Made by a program: the position numbers and the translations under genes. Positions 58,116-64,000 of a stretch of DNA of 64,000 bases are shown here, in pieces. Numbering within the stretch: position 1 is the stretch's first letter; every line of letters begins with the position of its first letter. The stretch is from Syntrophorhabdaceae bacterium (GTDB lineage Bacteria; Desulfobacterota; Syntrophorhabdia; Syntrophorhabdales; Syntrophorhabdaceae): positions 192,001 to 256,000 of the forward strand of contig CAXXUO010000004.1 of NCBI GenBank assembly GCA_963666485.2, in the 5' to 3' direction. The notes under the pieces are model-generated. The model was not told the DNA's origin and did not search any database. It was given only the letters and a program-made list of their open reading frames with translations.

Positions 58116-58841
58116 TCACACATCGAGAAGATGCCCTTTTGACCTGAGCCATGCCTTGCTGTCCCTGTAAGACGGCAGCCTCGCTTCCACGTAATCCCAG
58201 AATTTCCTCGAATGGTTCTTTATCTTTACGTGCGCAAGCTCATGGACAATGATGTAATCTATGATCCGATAGGGCGCCATCACGAGCCTGTAGCTGAAGG
58301 AAAGCCTGTTGTCGGATGAACATGAGCCATACCGCGTCCGGGCGCTTGTCACGCGTATGCCGTTAAAGGCGAGCCCCATGTCCCTCGCATAAAAAGCGAC
58401 GCGTTCCGCAAAGATCTCACGCGCGCGCCTCTTGTACCACTCGACAAATATCTGCCTCACATCGGTGTTGTGGTCCCTGCGAAGAATGAACGCGCCATGG
58501 GAAAGGGCCAGCCGGGTCACGCGGTCCGGGGTTACTTGGAGCGGGTATTCCTCGCCGAGGTACAGGAATTTTTCCCCGGGTGCAAAACTCCTCGGCTCGT
58601 TCACATTCCTTCCCGACTCCCGGTATTCAATCAATTTTTTGTGGATCCACGGGACCTTGGAATTGAAAAACCGGTGGATCTCGTCCTTCGGGGTCCTGTC
58701 GGGGACCAAAATGACGACCGCCCCGCTGCGCTCCAGTTTCAGGGTCATCGTCCGTTTACGGTTCTTGCTGCGAACGACCCTGTAATTCAAGAATTCTGTA
58801 TCGCTAAAGAGAGAAGCCTGTTCCTCCACTTTCCCTCTCAT
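58116..58841 (-). CDS. YgjP/DUF45 (SprT-like) zinc metalloprotein
   Basis: RS..RK, YGSCS, IVHELAH...NHS..FW. Confidence 0.9.
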   Translation of the reverse strand: MRGKVEEQASLFSDTEFLNYRVVRSKNRKRTMTLKLERSGAVVILVPDRTPKDEIHRFFNSKVPWIHKKLIEYRESGRNVNEPRSFAPGEKFLYLGEEYPLQVTPDRVTRLALSHGAFILRRDHNTDVRQIFVEWYKRRAREIFAERVAFYARDMGLAFNGIRVTSARTRYGSCSSDNRLSFSYRLVMAPYRIIDYIIVHELAHVKIKNHSRKFWDYVEARLPSYRDSKAWLRSKGHLLDV

Positions 58842-58861
58842 ATCCTTCCTGCCTTGAGTCG

Positions 58862-60250
58862 CTAGATCTCCAGTTCTTCGCCAAGATGGGGGACATACGT
58901 CGTCAGCCCCAGCCTTTCCCGGACGATCTGCTCAAATTCCAGGGCGACCGCTTCTTCACCGTGTACGATGTATACCTTCGGATTCGTTGTGAAGGTGCTC
59001 AACCATTCCAGCAGTTCACCCTGGTCCGCGTGGGCAGAGAATCCGCCGATCGTATGGACTTTCGCCCGTATCGCCATTTCCTCACCGAGAATATATGCCC
59101 TTTTCGACCCGTCGACAATGAGCCGGCCGAGCGTCCCGGGAACCTGGAAGCCGGTGAAGATGATGCTGCATTCCGGCCGCCAGATATTGTGCTTGAAATG
59201 GTGCCGTATCCTGCCGCCCTCGCACATTCCGCTGCCTGCAATGATAATGGCGCCTGACTTTATCTTGTTTATCTTCTGTGATTCCTCGATCGTGGTAGTA
59301 AAATGTATCTTCATCCCTTCCGCGCTCCTGAACTTGAACGCGTTGACAGCTTCGCCGTCGAAAAATTCCGGGTGCGACATATATATCTTCGTTGCCTTGT
59401 CGGCGAGCGGGCTGTCGATGTAGACGTCGAGGTCCTTGAGCCGGCCTTCCTTCACGAGCCTGTTCAGGATATACAGGACATCCTGTGTCCTCCCGACGGC
59501 AAAAGACGGCATCAACACGTTTCCCCCGTGCTTGAACGTGTCCTTGATCACCTGCGCCATTTCTTCGATGCTTGCCTCGAGGTCCTTGTGGAAACGGTTG
59601 CCGTACGTGGATTCGACCACGACATAATCGGCCTCGGTGACGTGCTGCGGGTCCCGGATGATCGGGTTGCCGTTCTTCCCTATGTCCCCGGAAAAAACGA
59701 TCTTCTTCTCTTTTCCCTTGTCCTTAAACCACAGCTCCAGGGTCGCCGAGCCCAGGATGTGGCCCGCATCGATGAGGCGGAATTTAACGCCGCCCGGCAA
59801 TTCATGGACGGTGTCATAACCGTTGTGCTCAAAGTACGGAAGGCACGCCTTTACGTCGTCGGTCGTGTAGAGCGGTTCGAAGGTCTCGGTTTTTCCCGCC
59901 CTCAACGCCTTTTTCGTGTGCCATTCGGCATCTTTTTCCTGTATATGGGCCGAATCGAGAAGGATGATCTCGGCGAGCTCGGCCGTTGCGGACGTCGTTA
60001 TTATCTTGCCCTTGAACCCTTCGGACACGAGCCGGGGGATAAGCCCGGAGTGATCGAGATGGGCGTGCGTAAGGAGCATAGTCTCCAGTTTGGCAGGCTC
60101 GAAACGGAACGGCTGCTCGTTCAGGACATCCGAGTGCCTTCCCTGGTTCATACCGCAGTCAACGATCATTTCCGTACCGTCCGTCACCAGTTCAAAACAC
60201 GACCCGGTAACCTTCCTCGCCGCTCCCAAGAACCTGATCTTCATTGTCAC
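58862..60250 (-). CDS. MBL-fold beta-CASP ribonuclease
   Basis: VTGSC, THAHLDHSG, AGHILGS, ESTYG, SGMC.GGR, FSAHAD, VHGE. Confidence 0.93.
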   Translation of the reverse strand: MTMKIRFLGAARKVTGSCFELVTDGTEMIVDCGMNQGRHSDVLNEQPFRFEPAKLETMLLTHAHLDHSGLIPRLVSEGFKGKIITTSATAELAEIILLDSAHIQEKDAEWHTKKALRAGKTETFEPLYTTDDVKACLPYFEHNGYDTVHELPGGVKFRLIDAGHILGSATLELWFKDKGKEKKIVFSGDIGKNGNPIIRDPQHVTEADYVVVESTYGNRFHKDLEASIEEMAQVIKDTFKHGGNVLMPSFAVGRTQDVLYILNRLVKEGRLKDLDVYIDSPLADKATKIYMSHPEFFDGEAVNAFKFRSAEGMKIHFTTTIEESQKINKIKSGAIIIAGSGMCEGGRIRHHFKHNIWRPECSIIFTGFQVPGTLGRLIVDGSKRAYILGEEMAIRAKVHTIGGFSAHADQGELLEWLSTFTTNPKVYIVHGEEAVALEFEQIVRERLGLTTYVPHLGEELEI

Positions 60251-60450
60251 CCCGTTCTGATGAGTAGTCTGTCATTTAAAGGCTGAAAGTCATTTGATTA
60301 TACACAGGCGACCAATTCTTTACAAGAATATAGAAGATCGGTACTGACCGCCGCACTATCCTCTTTTTTCCGTTCGTCGTCAGCCCTTAGCGGTTATATG
60401 CAAAATAAACGACTACCATGTCGTGAACGATCTGCGCCAGTTACCAATAT

Positions 60451-60679
60451 CGTCATTCCGGTGCTTGACACCGGGGCCCAAGGTTTTGTTTTTACTCGGT
60501 TTTCCCGTATTAAGAGCAACATGAACAACATGGAAAAAACCTTGGATTCCGGTGTCGAGCACCGGAATGACGGCGGGGGGAAGGATGGAAAGTTGTTAAG
60601 GTACCTGGCCGCGGGATGACGGCGTATCAACCGTTCGCCGTTCGCCGTTCGCCGTTCCTTTCGCCTTTCGCCGTTCGCC
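60451..60679. repeat. Inverted pair of REP-like palindromes plus (GTTCGCC) heptamer array
   Basis: cgtcattccggtgcttgacaccgg at 60451, inverted copy at 60541-60572, partial copy near 60601-60621, heptamers at 60633-60679. Confidence 0.85.
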
Positions 60680-60723
60680 TAACATCTTGCTTTTTTCCCA
60701 AAATCCCGTTATATTTTGGCTGT

Positions 60724-60845
60724 TGTTTGAAGGGGAGTAGCTAACTTCAGGCAGGATCAACATACTGGGGAGACCCTGGTCCTGCCGTTGGTAAAAGCCA
60801 ATAAGCGAGACCTTCAGCGGATCATCCGCTGAAGGTCTTTTTTTT
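60724..60845 (+). ncRNA. yybP-ykoY (Mn2+) riboswitch with intrinsic terminator
   Basis: AAGGGGAGTAGC ... ATCAACATAC ... GCGAGACCTT signature; overlapping perfect hairpin agaccttcagcggat/atccgctgaaggtct plus T-run; upstream of a UPF0016 gene. Confidence 0.93.
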
Positions 60846-60857
60846 AGGAGGAAATGC

Positions 60858-61550
60858 ATGGACGCCTACCTGGCATCGGTTATTTTCGTCGTTCTCGCTG
60901 AAATGGGTGACAAGACCCAGCTTCTCGCCATGGCCTTCGCATCGCGGTTCCGGTGGCAGACGGTGCTTGCCGGCGTTTTTGTGGCGACGCTCGTGAATCA
61001 CTTCATGGCCGTCGTCGCAGGAAACTATATGACGCGGATCATTCCCCTGCAGTACATCCAGATAGCGGCCGCCGCGTCCTTCATACTGTTCGGGCTCTGG
61101 ACGATCCGCGGAGATACGCTGGAAGGTGAGGACAAACGCTTCAATTTCAGCCCGTTCTGGACGGTCGCCGTCGCATTCTTCATTGCAGAGATGGGGGACA
61201 AGACCCAGCTGGCAACCGTTGCCCTGGCAACCAAGTACAACAGCATCATTGTCGTGTGGCTCGGGACTACCACCGCGATGGTTATTGCCGACGCATTGGG
61301 AATCATCATCGGCATCGTCCTCGGGAAAAAGATACCGGAGCGGGCCGTCAAATGGTTTGCAGCGATCGTTTTCATACTGTTCGGGGTGATCGGGCTCAAG
61401 GAATACCTGCCCCCGAAACACCTCACGGTGCCCGTGATGGCTGCAGGCATCGCCTTTATCATCCTCCTCATGTTCCTCGTTGCGAAGATGACCGATTCCA
61501 AAAAGAAGAGGCTGGCCGAAGAGGCGGTCCCGGTCGACCCGGACGAATGA
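60858..61550 (+). CDS. TMEM165/GDT1 (UPF0016) family Mn2+/Ca2+ transporter
   Basis: Two AEMGDKTQL motifs; multi-TM; riboswitch context. Confidence 0.95.
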   Translation: MDAYLASVIFVVLAEMGDKTQLLAMAFASRFRWQTVLAGVFVATLVNHFMAVVAGNYMTRIIPLQYIQIAAAASFILFGLWTIRGDTLEGEDKRFNFSPFWTVAVAFFIAEMGDKTQLATVALATKYNSIIVVWLGTTTAMVIADALGIIIGIVLGKKIPERAVKWFAAIVFILFGVIGLKEYLPPKHLTVPVMAAGIAFIILLMFLVAKMTDSKKKRLAEEAVPVDPDE

Positions 61551-61671
61551 CCCGGTGACGGGAAGCGAAATTCTTGATGAAATGGCGTGGATAACGCTTT
61601 TTTGACTCGATAAAAGAGTGTATGGTATCCTTATTGTCACTGTTTTTTAACTACATGGGGGTAGGTGAAAA

Positions 61672-62670
61672 ATGAACACACGATGGAAAAGGATATTCGG
61701 GGTCGTGGTCCTTGGTATCGCCGTTTTTTTCCTTTCATGCATAATCCTTGAAACAGCTGCGGATGCACGGGCGGGGGGCGGCAGATCGTCGGGGAGCAGG
61801 GGCATCAGTTCCGGCAGCAGGAGTTCGGGTTCTACGTATAACAGTTCAACCCCGTACCGGAGCACGAATCCGCAGCAGCCGATGCCGCCGCAGCAAACCA
61901 CCAGCCCGGGAAGGAGTTTCCTCTACGGTCTGGGAGGCGGACTTGCGGGCAGCATGATCGGCAGTCTGCTTTTCGGGCGCTCCGGCTATGGAATGGGCGG
62001 CGGAATGGGGGGCGGCGGATTCGGTTTCGGCGATATCCTCATCCTCCTGATCATCGCGGGGGTCCTCTTCTGGGTCTACAGGCGGTACAAGGCACGCAAG
62101 CAGATGGAAATGAGCACGTCGTCCGCAACCGGATACAATTCGTATGCGTACAACGAGCAACAGCCGGCGTACGATTACGGGAACCCGGCGTACAACACCC
62201 AGCCGTCAGGCGATCCTGTCGGGGACGGCCTGCGCCATATCGGGGAAATGGACCCGACCTTCAACGCAGATGCATTCTGTGAAAAGGCCGAGGACCTCTT
62301 CTTCAAGATCCAGGGAGGATGGACGCGGCGCGACCTGACGGCTATATCCGATCTCCTGACGACTCAGATGCGCGAGACATTCCAGGGGGACATCAACCGG
62401 TATATAGCGGATAAGAAGATAAACCGCCTGGAAAATATCGCCGTACGGAACGTCGAGATCGTGGATGCCGTTCAGGACCGGGGAGAAGAGTACATCACGG
62501 TCCGCTACACGGCCAGCCTTCTCGATTTTACCACGGATGAATCGGGGAGCGTACTCTCCGGAAGTTCGACCGATCCCGTGAAGTTTCTCGAATACTGGAC
62601 ATATACCCGCAGGGTCGGCGAACGCACCTGGAGGCTCTCGGGCATCACCCAGGAACAGGATTACAGATAA
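61672..62670 (+). CDS. Tim44-domain membrane protein
   Basis: ARAGGGRSSGSRG start, Gly-rich TM region, DP.F....F, E.WTY.R...W.L.GI. Confidence 0.9.
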   Translation: MNTRWKRIFGVVVLGIAVFFLSCIILETAADARAGGGRSSGSRGISSGSRSSGSTYNSSTPYRSTNPQQPMPPQQTTSPGRSFLYGLGGGLAGSMIGSLLFGRSGYGMGGGMGGGGFGFGDILILLIIAGVLFWVYRRYKARKQMEMSTSSATGYNSYAYNEQQPAYDYGNPAYNTQPSGDPVGDGLRHIGEMDPTFNADAFCEKAEDLFFKIQGGWTRRDLTAISDLLTTQMRETFQGDINRYIADKKINRLENIAVRNVEIVDAVQDRGEEYITVRYTASLLDFTTDESGSVLSGSSTDPVKFLEYWTYTRRVGERTWRLSGITQEQDYR

Positions 62671-62679
62671 AACGATGAA

Positions 62680-64000
62680 ATGGCCGATGACCTGACAGGC
62701 ACTACAAGGCCGCACATAATCGCCGTCCGGTCATCGGCCGGTTCGGGCAAGACGTATCGCCTTGCCCGGCACTATCTTACAGTCCTTCTCGCCAGCGCCC
62801 TCTACGATGCTCCCCTGCAAACCCGCATGGCGAACATTGTCGCCATAACATTCACCAACAAAGCAGCCCAGGAGATGCGCACACGCATCATCGACTGGAT
62901 GAAGCGCATCATCCTCGATGTGCCTTTTGAAAATTCCACGGGGAAGCCCCTCGACGAGATCATGGACGATATACTGGAATTTCCCGGGGGCAGCGAGGGG
63001 AGCGGTGAGACAGGCTCTGCCGGCGCGGCCCGCAAGGTCAGGGATTACCTCATAGAGGCGATGGACCGCCGCTTTTCCGAGCTTCTTAACGATTTCGGAC
63101 ACTTCAATGTCGGCACGATAGACAGTTTCGTTAACCTCACGCTCAAGGCGTCCGCCATGCGGCTCAACCTGCCGCCTGACTTCGATGTCACCACCGAGAC
63201 CCAGGAGCTCATCGATGCCGCCCTCGATGAGGCCTTACGAAAGACCGGTGAGGATCCCCGGGTGCGGGCTGTTTTCGACAGGTTCCTCGAAAGCTACATT
63301 GACCTCGAAGGAGACCAGGCCGACTGGGTGCCGAAAGGGTCCCTGGCGTCGATGATAACGTCGCTTTGGAAAGAGGAAGCGCGGGAGAACAAGGATTTTT
63401 TCGTCCCGCCGGTGAGCGCATACAACGCGCACCGCGTCGCACAGGCGGAAATAGCCAAAACCGCACGCCGTCTTCTCGATTCGTTCTCGGGACAGCAAGA
63501 CCTGCGCCCCCACGCAAGCGTTGTGAAAGCTATCGAGAAGAGCCTTGCCGAACCGCTTGCCTCAAGCGCATATTTTCAACGCAGCCTCACGGGATGCATG
63601 ACGCAGAAGAGCTGCGCGCCGTGTGGTGAGGATAGTGCGCTCTGGGAGGCCCTGATAACCCTCAGGCGTACATATGCCGGGATAGTGTCCCTGTCGAAGT
63701 GCCTGCCGTACCTCGACGTGTTCGCGCTCTTCAAAAACATATTCACGTCGGAGGTATTGTCACGAAAGCGCGTCATCCCCATAGAGGAGCTGAACCGGCT
63801 CCTCATTGCGATCATGGACCGCAGCGACTTCGTTCCGGAGATATGCTATACGCTTTCCGAGCAGTACCTTCACTTCCTGATCGATGAATTCCAGGACACA
63901 AGTTATCTCCAGTGGAAAAATATCGAGGTGCTTGCGGACGAGGCGTTAAGCCGCGGAGGCTCGCTTTTTCTCGTCGGGGACAAAAAACAGGCTATCTACC
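62680..64000 (+). CDS. UvrD-family helicase (AddA-like), truncated by window edge
   Basis: Manual translation: SAGSGKTY, AITFTNKAAQEMR, TIDSF, LIDEFQDTS..QW, VGDKKQAIY. Confidence 0.92.
   Translation, partial: MADDLTGTTRPHIIAVRSSAGSGKTYRLARHYLTVLLASALYDAPLQTRMANIVAITFTNKAAQEMRTRIIDWMKRIILDVPFENSTGKPLDEIMDDILEFPGGSEGSGETGSAGAARKVRDYLIEAMDRRFSELLNDFGHFNVGTIDSFVNLTLKASAMRLNLPPDFDVTTETQELIDAALDEALRKTGEDPRVRAVFDRFLESYIDLEGDQADWVPKGSLASMITSLWKEEARENKDFFVPPVSAYNAHRVAQAEIAKTARRLLDSFSGQQDLRPHASVVKAIEKSLAEPLASSAYFQRSLTGCMTQKSCAPCGEDSALWEALITLRRTYAGIVSLSKCLPYLDVFALFKNIFTSEVLSRKRVIPIEELNRLLIAIMDRSDFVPEICYTLSEQYLHFLIDEFQDTSYLQWKNIEVLADEALSRGGSLFLVGDKKQAIY

Overview
Gene-dense bacterial chromosomal segment of moderately high GC. 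Gene content suggests an anaerobic Gram-negative deltaproteobacterium/Desulfobacterota; this is a guess, not a database result. Left part (1-18.4 kb) is mostly housekeeping: dtd, an EF-G2-like paralog, rpmH-rnpA-yidD-yidC-jag-mnmE with no adjacent dnaA or mnmG, PBP1A, two divergent adenine-deaminase-like genes, a MenA-like prenyltransferase abutting a radical SAM/SPASM gene, plsY and tRNA-Leu(UAA). The rest is accessory. It holds a ~12 kb minus-strand copper cluster (2x NosL, multicopper oxidase, CusBA-like pair, ABC transporter, Cys/His membrane protein), an FKBP, agmatinase, and a secreted TPR-CHAT protease preceded by a tiny secreted-peptide ORF. It also holds signalling proteins, acetoacetate decarboxylase, 3-hydroxyacyl-CoA and glycerol dehydrogenases, an Ivy-like inhibitor, a beta-CASP nuclease, a yybP-ykoY riboswitch with a TMEM165/GDT1 gene, a Tim44-domain gene and a partial AddA/UvrD helicase. 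Intergenic spaces carry recurring heptamer-repeat-bracketed cassettes, REP/dRS3-like palindromes and a MITE-like element. I saw no CRISPR array, integrase or transposase. Several real-looking ORFs are absent from the supplied track (rpmH, three small ORFs, two edge-truncated genes); I translated these by hand.
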